DNA from: Okamejei kenojei
Lineage: Eukaryota
Length of the DNA: 64,000 nt
Direction of reading: 5' to 3'
NCBI GenBank assembly: GCA_035221665.1
Contig: CM069153.1
Span: forward strand, 30,504,001 to 30,568,000
Made by a program: the position numbers and the translations under genes. Positions 1 to 13,230 of this stretch are shown in pieces. Positions within the stretch are counted from its first letter, which is position 1. Each line of letters begins with the position of its first letter. The notes under the pieces were generated by a model. That model was not told where the DNA came from. It was given only the letters and a program-made list of their open reading frames with translations, and did no database searches.

Positions 1-1487
1 TTTTAACAACAGGCATCTTGATTTTTTTGTGCAGAAAGAAAAAAAAGTGCATGTTCAGTACTGCTAATTCGTAAAGTGATTAAATCTGTCTTTATGTTCT
101 TCTGATGCAAAAGGATAATATAAATTTAAGATTATCAAACATGAAAAATGTGTTTGAATACCAAAAATATATATCTGTGAAATATATTGTTTTTGTAAGT
201 TGTCCTTTAAAAAAACAAAAAACAGCTGAGTGCCCTGCTGCAGAAATGGCAACACAATGTTAGAACAGTTAGCATGAATGGTTTGCCAATGCTGGGACTG
301 AACTTGCAAATTGATCTGTGATGGCAGCCAAACAGGCCCCAGCTGTTGAGGAGGAACGGTGCCTTGGTTGCAACCAAGACTAAGCTGGTCTGAGCATTTG
401 GACCAAAGCTAATTAACCAACCAATTTAGAACTAATCACATTAGTTGTTTGGCTGTGATTTTTTTCATTTTGTTGGCTTTCAATCGCCGTGCAGCTTATG
501 GATTAAGGTTACAGAACACACTTTTTCCCAAATCAATTATACTCACCACTGTTTGCAAAAGTTGAAGGCTTGAGAAAAGCCAAGGAGATAACCAGCTACT
601 CACTGATAAACTTTATTTCTAAGCTAAAAACAATTGCAGAAGCAAGATTGGATCTGGAATTCATATCCTGAATTTATAACAAAAATGGATAACAACAATA
701 TTGGTTGCAAATCAGCCAACTTATTCTGATGCACTTTGTTGGTACAAAATGATTTTACATGTTTTCTTTATACGATTGCTTGTAACAGTAATTATTTCAG
801 GCAGCTGTTACATTATACTTTAGTGTTGATAGTATGGAGTTCACAAGGACTTAAAGCCAAAGTATTATTAAAAAGGAAAACATCACACATTTTGAAGAGG
901 GTCTGATATATTTTTAAAAAAAATAGCTTCTCCAATACAAAAGATAGAGTTATCACACTGATGTAAATGACTGCTCCCAATACCCACTTCGACTAAGTTA
1001 CAGACTGAAGATCCATATACAAATATAAGACCAGGAGGTACAAGTTGCTTGAAAGTATAGATTGCACTGAACAACTATTACATTTTGGAAACAAATTGAA
1101 TTTTGGAAATATCCAACCAGCATTCAATTTGGATATTTCAAGCATATTCGTGAAAATATTTATCTTTATTGAAAGTTGTAGAGTCCTATAGCATGGCCCC
1201 TTGGCCAACCAGGTACATTAGGACTAATTATTCCCTATCTATACGACCCTCAACTTCCAGCACTTGGTCCTTGGCCTTAATACCATGTCATCTCAATCAA
1301 ATACTGCTTATCTGTTGTGACAGTATTCACTCAGACACTGCAGCCAACCTAAAGAGCATGCCACTGACACCACAGACACCATCAGGGAGTGTGGAGAGGA
1401 ATGCATGCCAAAGACAACTATATGACAGTTCCCCAATGGGAATCCATAAATGAACTGTGAGGACCAGTCCCAGGTTAAGTCCAAGTC

Positions 1488-1625
1488 ATAGTCATACTGC
1501 GCAGAAACAGACCCTTTGGTCCAACTTGTCCACAGCAAGATGTGCCATCTAAGCTAGTCCTATTTGCCCACATTTGGTCTGTATCCCTGTAAACCTTTCC
1601 TATCCATGTACGTCCAGGTGTCTTT
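1488..1625 (-). mobile_element. CR1/HER1 LINE 3' tail fragment
   Basis: Reverse complement matches the 3' UTR (..GGCCAAAGGG(C/T)CTGTTTC..GT(A)TGACT) seen on other CR1 copies in the window. Confidence 0.7.
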
Positions 1626-1629
1626 CATG

Positions 1630-2085
1630 TGTCTTTAAAGTCTGCAGCATTCGTCAAACAATTGGGATCGTACAAAATAATCTATCAACTACTTTTGAAA
1701 GCCATCAAAGATGCCTAGAGGCAGTTCCAGACTAAGCGTGTCCCAGGATAACCACACGGACATCCATTGATTTAGGCAAGGCTTGCATGCTGTAACAAGC
1801 TACAAAGTGAAGTCAGCCAGTATCGCAGACACTAACGGGTCCCTTCCCGACGAGCTCAACGCTTTCTGTGCTCGCTTTGAACCGGTCGGTGGAAGGACAT
1901 CATCGGCTCTGTCGACCTCAGGTGCATCTGTACCCATGGTCACCATCACAGGTGTCAGATTGTCCTTCCTGAGAATGGACTGAGGAAAGCAACTGACCCA
2001 GATGGAGTTACCGGCCCTGTCCATGGGACCTGTGAGGACCAGCTGGCAGGAGTATTCACAGACATCTTTCATTTCACCATCAAGT
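1630..2085 (+). mobile_element. Rex1/Babar LINE ORF fragment, degenerate
   Basis: Translation SLPDELNAFCARFE followed by a RKA.GPDG-like segment and CEDQLAGVFTDIF, typical of the region upstream of the Rex1 RT. Confidence 0.75.
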
Positions 2086-3049
2086 TTTCCTAAAAGATAG
2101 ACGAAAACATAAACCTTCCTTGCTTCCTCCTCCTCAGTCTAAAAAATGTATTTTCAGCAAGTAATGTGGCACAGCTGGGTACTGCGCTGGTCTCCAGTAC
2201 TACTTTACATCACCATCTCCTACAAACATTGAGTTAAACTAACACAGGCTCGAAGCGGCTGCACCTGATCCAACTCGTAGAGGAAGCCATCCACTGCCAG
2301 CCCAAGAACTGCTTATTAATGAATGATTTGTCATTGATTAACACATAAAGCCGGGTATGCTTCTAATTGGTAATATGCTGTAAAACTGATCATCACAAGC
2401 ACTGATGCATTAGATTAATGATCCATGATTTCAAGGGTGAAGAATACAAATAAATCAAAATTTCTTGTGTCTAATAAGTGCTGAAAAGACATGCAACCAT
2501 GACAGTTTTGTTCAAATCTGACACTGGGTATCACACAACTTCTATATGTTATGATACATTCTTGGGGCATATATTGTGACATTTAATGCTTTAATAGGCT
2601 TCTTCACTCCAATCCCATATTCTCCATCAGTTACATTGTCTCTGGGCAGATGACCAGGGCTCGTCCATGTTGAAAACAACTCAAAAAGCTTTTCTCTGTA
2701 CCTCAGTACACGTGACAAGAAGCTAAATTAAAACTAAAACTGATGCGGCACTGAGAGCAGCAACACACAACTGTATTGGGATTAATGCTCATCACAGGAT
2801 CAGTCAACCTGCCACAACTCACCATGCCTGGCCACAAGACTGAACTGCACAGAAGAGCAGGAGGCAACTGCAATAGAACCAGAGGGGAAAACCAATTTGA
2901 CCTTTTACTCGTGGGCTTGGAGAGGAATTGGCACAATACATCCAAGAGCGTTCTGTCAAACGGCATAGAGAATCCCCCAGAGCAACGGCTGTAGTCAACC
3001 TTATCTCAGGGAATGAAGATGGAATGAATGAAGGTGGATGTGTGAAATC

Positions 3050-3530
3050 TCTCTGGAAACAGTGACTATCATTCAGGTTATAAAATTATGAGGAGCACAG
3101 ATTAGGTCAAATAGTTAATATTTCTCCAAGAGTCAAAATATAGATGGCATCGGATAGGTTTAAGATGGGTTATGAAAGGTTTAGAGGGACATGGGCCAAA
3201 CACGGGGAAGTGGAACTAGTGTAGATGGGCATCTTGGTTGGCTGGGGCAAGTTGGGTTGAGGGGCCTGCTGCTGTGCTGTATGACTCATGGTGAGAAGGT
3301 GAGTTTTAAAAGATGTAGGGTACAAGGTTTTTACTCACACTGTTGGTAATGGATCTTGTGGAACGATCTATCCGAGGATGTGGAGGCAGCAGATGCAATT
3401 TCAGTATTTGGACAGGAACTTGGCAGGAAAGTATGGTAATGCGGGAAAATGGAATTACCGTAGACAGGCATCACAGCCAGTTGTGCCAAAGGGTGGATTT
3501 TGTGCTGTAGAACTCTGACTCACAGATGTA
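3050..3530 (+). mobile_element. Degenerate CR1 3' fragments
   Basis: Similar to the CR1 C-terminal coding and 3' UTR sequence at 50400-50800. Confidence 0.6.
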
Positions 3531-3834
3531 TCTGTTTAGGCTGTTTGCCCATGGCAGTACCACAAGTGACCACTGGGAGACGCAGAGTGCCAGTTCCCAC
3601 TACGGACTCTCTCCATTACTGTCTATGGTCCTTCCATTGCACGGAATAGGATGGGTCGTACAAAGCACGGAAATACATGAGATATTGTGGGCTCTCCGGA
3701 CAGATTCATTTTCAGCCAAGATCTTTAACACCATGGCCTGGCAGTACCTTAGTCCATCGACCGTCATCCTGTCAGAACTGTAGAAGGGCAGGCCCAACAT
3801 CAGACACACCCTGAAATCATGTCATAAAGTAATG

Positions 3835-3995
3835 TGATAGAAGTAGAATTAGGTCATTCGGCCCATCAAGTCTGCTCCACCATTCAATCATGGCTGATCT
3901 ATCTCTTCCCCCTAACCCCATTCTCTTGCCTTCTCCCATAACCTCTGACATCTGTATTGATCAAAAATCTATCTCTGCCTTAAAAATATCAACTG
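3835..3995 (-). mobile_element. CR1 3' end fragment
   Basis: Reverse complement of the GATCAGCCATGATTGAATGG...CCTAATTC tail also at 58630-58700. Confidence 0.7.
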
Positions 3996-4282
3996 AAATT
4001 GGGCGCAAAACTGATATTGCTACATTTACACATTAGCTGCATGTTGAAGGACAGAAGGAGATGCCACAGACCACGGCATATGACCGCAATACCACGTCAG
4101 ATTTTGGAGCCAAAAGTGCCTAATTCATCCAGGCATCTTCTGGAGGTATTTGTTGTCATAGACTGATCACAAGCTTAACGTGTGGCCTACATCCCGATAA
4201 CAATGTTCAAGAACTGTGCTCTTGAATAAACCACAATGGATGCTGGTATTGCGGTCTTTACTTCCCCTAACCTGCCCAATAA

Positions 4283-5488
4283 ATGTTTAAACAAAATCAC
4301 TGGTCCTTAAGGCATAGCTATGGCACGCGCATGGGCCCTAGCTATGCTTGCCTCTTTGTAGGGTACGTCGAACACTCCTTGTTCAAAACGTACCATGGCC
4401 CTATCCCCAAATTCTACCTCCGCTACATCGACGATTGCATTGGTGCTACCTCCTGCATCCACACACAACTCACTGACTTCATCCATTTCACCACTAACTT
4501 CCATCCGGCACTCAAATACACCTGGACCATTTCCGACATTTCCCAACCATTTCTCGACCTCACTATCTCCATTGCAGGTGATAGACTTCTGACCGACATC
4601 CACTACAAACCCACTGACTCCCATGGCTATCTGGACTACACTTCTTCCCACCCTGCTTCCTGTAAGGACTCCATCCCCTACTCCCAATTCCTCCGTCTAC
4701 GCCACATCTGCACCCAGGATGACGTGTTCCACACCAGGGCATCGGAAATGTCCTCATTCTTCAGGGAATGGGGGTTGCCCTCTTCTACCATAGATGAGGC
4801 TCTCACCAGGGTCTCTTCTATAGCCCGTGACTCTGCTCTCACTCCCCATCCCCCCACTCGTAACAAGGGCGGAGTCTCCCTTGTCCGCACCTTCCACCCC
4901 ACTAGCCGTCACATACAACAAATAATCCTCCGACATTTTCGCCACCTCCAACGTGATCCCACCACTTGCCACTTCTTCCCATCTCCTCCCCTGTCTGCTA
5001 TCCGCAGAGACCGCTCCCTCCGTAACTCCCTGGTCAATTCGTCCCTTCCCACCCGAACCACCCCCTCTCCGAGCACTTTCCCTTGCAACCGCAAGAAATG
5101 CTACACTTGTCGCTTTACCTCCCCCCTCGACTCCATTCAAGGATCCAAGCAGTCTTTCCAGGTGCAGCAGAGGTTCACCTGCATCTCCTCCAACCTCATC
5201 TATTGCATCCGCTGCTCTAGATGTAAGCTGCTCTACATCGGTGAGACCAAGCGTAGACTTGTCGATCGCTTCGCCGAACACTTCCGCTCAGTTCGCAATA
5301 ACCTACCTGATCTCCTGGTGGCTCAGCACTTCAACTCCCCCTCCCATTCCGAATCCGACCTTTCTGTCCTGGGCCTCCTCCATGGCCAGAGTGAGCCCCA
5401 CCGTAAATTGGAGGAGCAGCACCTCATATTTTGCTTGGGCAGTTTGCACCCCAGCGGTATGAACATTGACTTCTCTAATTTCAGGTAG
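4283..5488 (+). CDS. Penelope-like RT C-terminal half plus GIY-YIG endonuclease ORF (401 aa; ATG supplied by flanking DNA)
   Basis: ORF track. The ATG at 4283 lies outside the TSD, so the N-terminus is not element-derived and the RT is incomplete. Confidence 0.75.
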   Translation: MFKQNHWSLRHSYGTRMGPSYACLFVGYVEHSLFKTYHGPIPKFYLRYIDDCIGATSCIHTQLTDFIHFTTNFHPALKYTWTISDISQPFLDLTISIAGDRLLTDIHYKPTDSHGYLDYTSSHPASCKDSIPYSQFLRLRHICTQDDVFHTRASEMSSFFREWGLPSSTIDEALTRVSSIARDSALTPHPPTRNKGGVSLVRTFHPTSRHIQQIILRHFRHLQRDPTTCHFFPSPPLSAIRRDRSLRNSLVNSSLPTRTTPSPSTFPCNRKKCYTCRFTSPLDSIQGSKQSFQVQQRFTCISSNLIYCIRCSRCKLLYIGETKRRLVDRFAEHFRSVRNNLPDLLVAQHFNSPSHSESDLSVLGLLHGQSEPHRKLEEQHLIFCLGSLHPSGMNIDFSNFR

Positions 5489-5554
5489 TACTTACTTTCT
5501 CCTCCCCTTCTCAGCTCTCCCTCAGCCCACTGGCTCCACCTCTTCCTTTCTTCC

Positions 5555-5588
<34 letters not shown>
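5555..5588. repeat. Poly-C tract
   Basis: Homopolymer run inside the Penelope 3' UTR. Confidence 0.95.
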
Positions 5589-5602
5589 ACCACCCTCACA
5601 TC

Positions 5603-5636
5603 AGTCTGAAGAAGGGTCTCGACCTGAAACGTTGCC
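5603..5636 (+). ncRNA. Minimal hammerhead ribozyme core in the Penelope pLTR
   Basis: CTGAAGA-A-GGGTCTCGACCT-GAAAC-GTT: CUGANGA and GAAA boxes, stem II, palindromic ACGU stem III. Confidence 0.8.
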
Positions 5637-6447
5637 TATTTCCTTCGCTCCATAGATGCTGCCTCACCCGCTGAGTTTCTCCAGCATTTCTGTCTACCAC
5701 TGGTCCTTAAACTCACTGCTGCTTTGTTCAAGTTATGGACACAAGACATTAGTCAAAAGGCATGGCAAGAGCCATTGGCTCTGATATCAAGCTCACACTT
5801 GACCAAGACCAGCAGCCAAAAAACTTTGCCCCTGCACCTCAAAGAGTTTATCAATCTAGATTGTGCATCATTCTAGGGTCATGCATTGGTCAGAAGGCCA
5901 AAGTAGGAATGGTGGTTCAATGGTACTTTATTTATCACATGTACCGAGGTGCAGTGAAATTCATATTTGTATACAGTTCAGTACATATTTTACAGTACAC
6001 AAGCACTTAGATACATCTTAGATAAGCATCTTAGATGTAGTTCACTAAAACAGTCTGCAGAATCGCCAGTTTTGAGGCATTTTCAAGTCCCAGTTGTTGT
6101 AAGTGCAGGTTTCTTGAGTAGACCATGAAGGCCCGTTGTCCTGACAGGATTGCAGGGATAGCATGGCCGTGGTGTCCTCCGCCACTGCTCCATCGCTGCA
6201 GGCCGTGTGTGGTCTACATGCTTGATCTCTAAGGGTCCAGCCGAGCCCCAGGCTGTTGCATGGCCTCCAGCGGCCTGCTCCACCGTCGAGGCAGTCCACT
6301 CCCTCCCGCAACTGGTCTGCTTACTGGCCCTCCATCTGACTGCTTCCACTGGGTGAGCATAATAACTGAAAATAAAAAAGCTGCAGATGCTAAGCGCGGC
6401 CTAACCAACATCTTGTACAACTTTATAATAAGCGATTCACCACATTT

Positions 6448-6720
6448 GGGGGCAGCACAGTGGCATATCGGTAGAGCTACCCTTACAGCACCAGAGGTCT
6501 GTACGGAGTTTGTACACTCTCCCCGTGATCTCCGTGGATTTTCTCTGAGATCTTTGGTGTTCTCCTACACTCCAAAGGCATACAGGTTTGCAGGTTAATT
6601 GGCTTGTTATAAATGCAAAATTGTCCCAAGAGTGTGTCAGGTAGTGTTAGTGTGTGGGGAGCGCTGGTCGGTGTGGACCCGGTGCGCCAAAGGGCCTGTT
6701 TTCATGCAGTATCTCTAGAC
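6448..6720 (+). mobile_element. HE1-like V-SINE, internally deleted
   Basis: tRNA-like head, central GGAGTTTG..CTCCCCGTGA domain, CR1-like tail AAGGGCCTGTTT. Confidence 0.8.
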
Positions 6721-7459
6721 TTTGGTTCAAACAAGTAAGTGTGGAGATGGCAATAGTGTTGCACACCAAGCTGCCGCTCAAATTGTTCCAACAAAAGTTT
6801 ACAACCATTTCTTTATATCAAAGCACTCTCACTAAGGGGCTACTATTCATTGCAGTTCAATAGTATAATTCTTTCACTCGGACGATGTAACAAGTGCAGC
6901 ATTCTTTCTAAAATATGGGGCCACTGTGAGTTGAAATCAGACCTTGAAAAGAAAATCCAGTTATTAAAAAAGAGGCAATAAAATATAAATTATTGGGAGA
7001 CAAGAGATGTACACACAATTAACACTCTGGTAATATTTCTGAAAAACACTGGGGTCAAAATCCAGAATTCCATCTATTTTTTGATAAATGAATCTTAATA
7101 TTGCCACAGCTCATACTGTTACAACATTCACATTTTCTCCAATGTCTAAATAAATATCTTGCTTTAATTGCTCCATTTTTACGCCAAAACGATCCTGTTT
7201 ACTTTTCCTTCGACTCGCAGAGTTTAATGCACGCAGTGGAATGTGTTCCACACTGAATGAAGTCAGTATTACACACACAGTCACCTCAATTCATGATCTG
7301 TCAGGGTGGCAGTCACAGCTGGTTAAGTCAATCACCAAGAAAGAAAAACCATGGACCTCAGATAAACACTTCATCAATCACTCACTGAACGTCACACACA
7401 TGGCAATCTCATTTTGGCACCCAGGTCATTCTCAATGCAGGCGCGAAGATTACAACCGA

Positions 7460-7590
7460 GAAACAAGAGACTGCAGACGCTGGTGCCTTGAGCAAAACAC
7501 CAAGTGGTGGAGAAACTCAGTGGGTCAGTCAGCAACTGTGGATGGAAGGGACGGACGATGTTTCGGGCCGGGTTCGTTCCCCAGATTGAT
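7460..7590 (-). mobile_element. Degenerate Penelope pLTR unit
   Basis: Similar to the reverse complement of 5600-5697 and 23098-23229. Confidence 0.7.
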
Positions 7591-7954
7591 TACAAGAGGG
7601 TGCTTTTTTCTCCTGGAAGTTATGATGCAATATAATCTTGCACCTGAACTAGTTCCAAGGAAACATTTTTAACCTCATGTTTGTTCATTCATTGAAGACT
7701 CTAGTAACGCTACATAAAAGATCGTCCCAATGTTTGGTTACTCCCTGTGACAATGCGGTGACAACATGCCACCAGATAAGGATGAGCCTGCAGATCCTGC
7801 TTCACCCACAGTGTGCCTTGAACTTATTCTGATTCACACCATTCCCACTCCCTGCCTCACCAGGCATCACGCTTTCTGTTAAACAGCAAATGCTGTCTCA
7901 CCTTTTCTCAAATTTCTTCTTTTACATTACATTGTCCATCTCTCTTACATTTAC

Positions 7955-8059
7955 CAGTCCCAACAACCGATCCAGCAGTAACTGCGTGACATGGTTTATG
8001 GAGAAAGTAAAATCCTTCTTTAACTTGTCGATTGGACTCTTGCTGATTTCACTGGAAAG
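7955..8059 (-). other. Candidate 105-nt exon (LSSEISKSPIDKLKKDFTFSINHVTQLLLDRLLGL)
   Basis: tgtttgtgtacag| ... |gtaaat; only phase 0 stays open across the exon. Confidence 0.3.
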
Positions 8060-8384
8060 CTGTACACAAACATAATTACAAATGGACAACCAAAACACAA
8101 AGGCAGTGGACCGTATTGGAACCTTACTGTGAGCTGCTTGAGGTTTTTTGAAATTCCTCTCCAGGGAGAAATCTATGTCTCCCGGTTATTGTTCTTCTTT
8201 AAAAGTCTATCTGTTTATTTATTAGCAATTCACTCTGGCGTGGAGCAGAGCAGATGCTGCTGGAGATAGGAGCCCGTGCATGGACTGCTTGTGGAGAAGC
8301 AATGCCCATCACCAATCAACCGCTCGGTTAGCTTTGGGTGGAAAGGAGATCACCAGCAGCACATGGGCTGGACTTGTTGCAGTT

Positions 8385-8660
8385 TCAATTTCAGTTTCAG
8401 TTTAGTTTCTTGTCACATGTACTGTGCAGTGAAAAGCTTTTGTTGTGTGCTAACTAGTCAGCAGCAAGACAATACATGATTACGATCAATCCATTGACAG
8501 TATATAGATACATGATAACGTTTAGGGCAAAGAAAAGCCAGCAAAGTCCGATCAAGGGTAGTCCGAGGGTCACCATAGAGGTAGATAGCAGTTCAGCACT
8601 GCTCTCTGGTTGTGGTAGGATCATTCTTTTGCCTGATAACAGTTGGGAAGAAACTGTCCC
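8385..8660 (-). mobile_element. Rex1-type LINE 3' tail
   Basis: Reverse complement matches the tail at 43760-44024 (..CAAAAGCTTTTCACTG..GACAA..AAACTAAAC). Confidence 0.7.
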
Positions 8661-8859
8661 TGTTAACAAATAGTGGGACACAATTGCAATTGTAAACTTT
8701 GTTTTACTGCATTTCAGGGTGAACATTTCTCACCCTTTGTTGGTCCTCCTAAAATGGTGTGAACAACACAAACAAGAAATCTGGCTGACCGTGGTCCCAG
8801 AAAAATGAACTTATGTGACAAGAAGATAAATGTTAAATATTGCAAGAAATATAGTAAAG

Positions 8860-9655
8860 AGACCAAAAACCTTGTTCATGGTGTCAGAACAACAACCTAG
8901 TCCTTAACGTCAGCTAGACAAAAGTTGACCTAAGGAAGCGTGATGTAAACACAAGCGTCTTCAGCAAAGGCACTGTTGTAGACAATTGATAGCATCCATA
9001 CCACCATCTCGTCCCGTCATGCTGAAGCAGACAGCAAGGAAGTGTAACAATATATTTACTTTCTTTGGCATGAGGAAGATTTGGCATGTCCACGAGGATT
9101 CTCCCAAACTTCGACCAATTGGCTATAGAAACTCTGGCATGACAGCCGCTCCACCCTTGATTGCCTGAATCTGCACAAAGTGGCGAACACAGTCCAGTCC
9201 ATCAGTCTTTCCATCCAGTGCATCTTCACGGTGCATTGCATCAGGAAGGCTGGAAGTATTGTCTGCCACCCTGGTCATTCCCTATTCTCTCCTCTACCTT
9301 CTGGGAGAAGATACAGTATAGGAGCACGGTTGCTTGGCAATCCAGACTTAAGAACAACTTCACTCCCACTGCTATCAGACTCCTGCACCAATCACCTCTT
9401 TCACACCACTTTTCCAGAGGTTCTGCCACATTGTCTTGCTCTTAACTCTACGTTATTTGGTTATTCCATTAGTGTACTTTAATATTCTTCTGCACGACTC
9501 GGGATTTTCCACTACAATCTTGCATCATTTTGCTGCTTTGCACTCACGGTATTTATTGTAGTATTTCACTGTTGGCTACTGTATGTTTGCAGTCAACTCT
9601 GTGAGCTTCACGTGAACAAGGAATTCCACCGGTGTATATGACAATAAACTAGTCT
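8860..9655 (+). mobile_element. Degenerate Rex1/Babar 3' portion
   Basis: HPGHSLFSPLPSGRRY peptide and GACAATAAACT tail. Confidence 0.75.
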
Positions 9656-11039
9656 GCAGGCATGGATCAAGGTAATACAACTATTTTCACCGTTCTATCT
9701 GCAGACATGAGTATTACATTATTTGCTCTGAGGAAAAACTCAAAATTGCTTATGTTTTACAGGAAAATGGTGCAACAACGGTTTGTTTCTTCCTTGATAT
9801 GGTGATATGGCAAGGTACTTTATATTAAAATCAATATAAAATTGGAACATAATATGATCACTAACTAGTAACATGCGAAACCTAGAGAGCTGACCATCTA
9901 CTTACGACCTATCAATATCCATATTAGAAAATTAAGATTAACTTATACTGTTTATAGTGTAAGGCTTTATTCTTTCAAAGTAGATTTTTTTAAGTGGTAT
10001 GGGTTACCTTGGTATGCTGAACACTCATAATTCTCAATGAACAGTTGCCATTGACACCTCAAATGCATTTTAAAAAATGATACACGCCACAGCAAGAATT
10101 AATTATTTGTACATTGAATGCAACTGCAGTTTCTCGGAAGGTTTTGTTCAATATTATTGTTACATTAAACGGCACAAGACAATATAAAATAAAATAACTA
10201 AAAATCACCGAGTAGATAGTTGAACAATTGTAACTGGGGGAAACAATTTTTTAAATGTGCAGTCAGGCACGAAGGAACAGCTCTGATCTTTCACACTCGA
10301 TTAATTATTTGCTCCAAGTCCTGAGGCTGGTACTTTTCCAGATGGTGAACCATTCTCTCAATCGTCATTTAGTAGTTGGCAGGCAGATCTTTTTGTGCAT
10401 TTAAATTACCCCTGCTGTCCTTGATACCCCAGTGCATCCTGGTGAAGTGTCAGTGACATTTCAATCAGCATTGCTGCCAGCTTCACGTGTCGGCATTCAT
10501 TCACACTCGGTGCTGATGTTGCCTCAATGACTCTCCTCCTCCATGGCCATCTGCCTTCCTTCATCAATCAGCCGTGGCAATAAGTAGGCAATTTTCTTAC
10601 AAAATACACTGGAAGCAGTGAATTGGAATGCTTATTAAATATTCTGCTATTGATTCCAAGTACAATGGCTGGGCGGAGCCACGCGCATTTGTCTGGCACT
10701 GTCGGATGTCACCTGTTGGCAAGACACAATTGCCATTCATGTTGAACTTATTCTGATGAAATGAATTTGGTTTGAAGTGAACCTCATCTTTGTTTAGACA
10801 TACAATTACTGAAGCCTTTTGTCACAATTTCAAGTGAATTAAGTGCCAAGTATTGAAGCCAGCAGATCAGGTCTGATTGCTGGCAGCATCATCAGCCCAT
10901 CGTTCTCCTGAAGTGATAAAATATGTGGCACGTTTTATGCAATGGGAGAGGAAACAGACGTGTGAAAAACAGACTTGAAAGTATTTGCAAATACATTGAT
11001 TGCATTTAATAGTGGCAGAGAATTATCAATTACTAGCAT

Positions 11040-11535
11040 TGCTATAAAGGTGAGAGGTGCAAAATTTAAAGGATAAATGTAATAATGAGAAACTGCAGAT
11101 GCTGGTTTATACCAAAGATAGACACTAAATGCTGGAGTGATTCAGTGGATCAGGCAGCATCTCTGGAGAAAATGGATAGATGACTTTTTGGGTCAGGACC
11201 CTTCTTCAGGCTGAACATAAGTCCTGACGTGAGATCCAGAGATGCTGCCTGACCCATTGAGTTACTTCAGCATTTTGCGTCTATTTAAAGTTTAAAGGGG
11301 ATGTGAAGGGCAAGTATTTTTTAGAACCATAGATAGTGGTGGGTGCCTGGGACATGCTGCTGGGGGTGGTGGTTGAAGAGATACGTTAGTGATATTTAAA
11401 AACCTTTGGAGAGGCATATGGACATGCAGGGAATAGAGTGATATGGATCATGTGCATCATGTCTTGGCATCATGTTCAGCACAGATATTGAGGGCCAAAG
11501 GGCCTGTTTATGTGCCATACTGTTCTACGTTCATA
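11040..11535 (+). mobile_element. CR1 3' end interrupted by a Penelope pLTR hairpin unit
   Basis: CR1 sequence resumes after the insert. Duplication AAATTTAAAGG (11062-11072) / AAGTTTAAAGG (11288-11298). Confidence 0.75.
11073..11287. mobile_element. Head-to-head Penelope pLTR hairpin unit
   Basis: Minus-strand copy followed by a plus-strand copy of the GATGCTGCCTGACCC..GAGTTACT.CAGCA motif. Confidence 0.8.
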
Positions 11536-11639
11536 ACTGAATCAGTTCAGTCCATTGGAGGCCAGCGAAGATTCAGTAATTAGGTGCCACGTGGATGGTA
11601 CAGGAGACCTAGCAATTCATCGTCTGTACTGATGTGCTG

Positions 11640-12490
11640 CATGAAGGGATGTGTATAGTAGCCACATATTCCGATGATACAAGAACAGGTGGGTTAACAA
11701 GTTGTGAGAAGGACACTGACACCTGCATATTGATAGGTCAACTGGGTAGGTAGGAAGTTGGCAGATGGATTATAACGTCATTACATGTAAGCGTGTCCAT
11801 CCTAGATGAATGAAAAAGTAAATCATTTTAAAAAGTGAAACTACAGCACGTTGGGCACAAAAGGAGCATGAAGTTAAGTAATCAAGACACTAATGGAATG
11901 TTGGCCTTTATTTTTCGGGGTATGGAAAGGTGGGAAAGTTATGATACAGCAAGACATCTGGAATACTGCACGATGTTCTGGTCCCCATGGACACACTGAA
12001 ACACAAGGAACTTCAGATGCTGGAATCTTGCATAAAACACAAAGTGCTGGAGTAACTCGGCAGGTTCAACATTATGGATTAACGATTTTTTGAGTCAGGA
12101 CCATTGTTCAGACTGATATACTTACATTGAGGGACCAACGTTTAGTGGTTAGGGTTGATACTCATTGGACTATTGAAGACTGTGAGATACTGTTAGTGAA
12201 ACATACTGGATGCTGAGATGTGGTTTTTCCAAATGCTGAAGTTATCTAGAACAAAGCGGCGTCGTTTCAGAATAAAAGACCATTTAAGGTGGTCGAGGAA
12301 GAATTTCTTCTTACAGAAATTCATGAATCTTTGTAATTCTTCAGTCCAGAGAAGTGTGGAGATGGAGTTATTCAAGGCAGATGTTGACGAACATTTAAAA
12401 TGCAAAAGAGTCAAGAGATATGTGGAGAGGAATGCTGAACTTGTTCAAGGGGTCAAATGGACTACTTCTACCTCCTGTTCCGATGAGGTA
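11640..12490 (+). mobile_element. Old CR1 fragment with a Penelope pLTR insert (about 12000-12115, minus strand)
   Basis: Degenerate DDT..GG..WQM RT region and a 3' end resembling RKNFF.Q..NL.N. Confidence 0.6.
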
Positions 12491-13035
12491 TGCAGAATAA
12501 GACTTAATTTAAGTTAGTAATCATTGTACTGTAAATAGCGCAAACATTATTAATGATACAGTGCGATTATAACTCGCATTATGCCTCGGAGCACCAGCAG
12601 CTCCTATAAAGAAAATATATTTCCTTGCAAAATTTCACATTTTCCACATAAACATATTATAAATTCAATCAGCATACCATTACATTATTTATCTACAAAA
12701 TATGCAAACAATCTTAATTTGTGCTTCATGCAAAACAAAATATTCTCTATGCTAATGTTTCCCAATTATATCACTTCCAAATCAGATTTCTGTCAGTTAT
12801 TTGTTCTGATATGCTGATTACTAATAACTGTGCAGAACACAACTAGTTGTCATCCTCAACTTGTCATCACCCAGGCTTTGAAATTGCAAGTGGATAGACC
12901 ACTGAAGAATATTTTGCAAGGCAAAGGTGAACGAGTGGGAGATCAGAGCTGCCTGGCTTGTCTGAAAGGCATCAGGATTCTACAGGCTTCCTCTGCCATG
13001 ACAATTGCATGTTTCCATCCCTTGACTTGATATTG

Positions 13036-13230
13036 TGCAGGAAGGAACTGCAGATGCTGTTTAAAGCAAAGATGGACACAAAATGCTGGAATAACTTAGT
13101 GGGTCAGACAGCATACCTGGAGAAAAGGATTAGGTGACATTTCAGGGAGAGATAAAGAAGGGTCTCAACCAGAAAAACTCACCTATTCCTATAACCCGCT
13201 GAGTTACTCCAGCATTTTGTGTCTGTCTTC
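13036..13230. mobile_element. Head-to-head Penelope pLTR hairpin unit
   Basis: Inverted pLTR halves. Degenerate flank duplication CCTTGACTTGATATTGT / CCTCGAAGTTATATTGT. Confidence 0.75.

Larger units (their letters stand above)
4311..5697 (+). mobile_element. 5'-truncated Penelope-like element (Neptune-type) with 3' pLTR
   Basis: RT motifs GTRMGPSYA and YLRYIDD, Cys linker CNRKKCYTC, GIY-YIG motif NLIYCIRC..LLYIGET..R..EH. Perfect 13-bp TSD CACTGGTCCTTAA at 4298-4310 and 5698-5710. Confidence 0.95.

Noticed and set aside
4754-5462. 169-175 aa alternative-frame and antisense ORFs
   Set aside because: Shadows of the C-rich Penelope coding sequence.
7955-8059. Resemblance of the candidate exon peptide to IL-11 helix A or urocortin-3
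   Set aside because: Similarity is weak and the exon structure does not match those genes, so no symbol was assigned.
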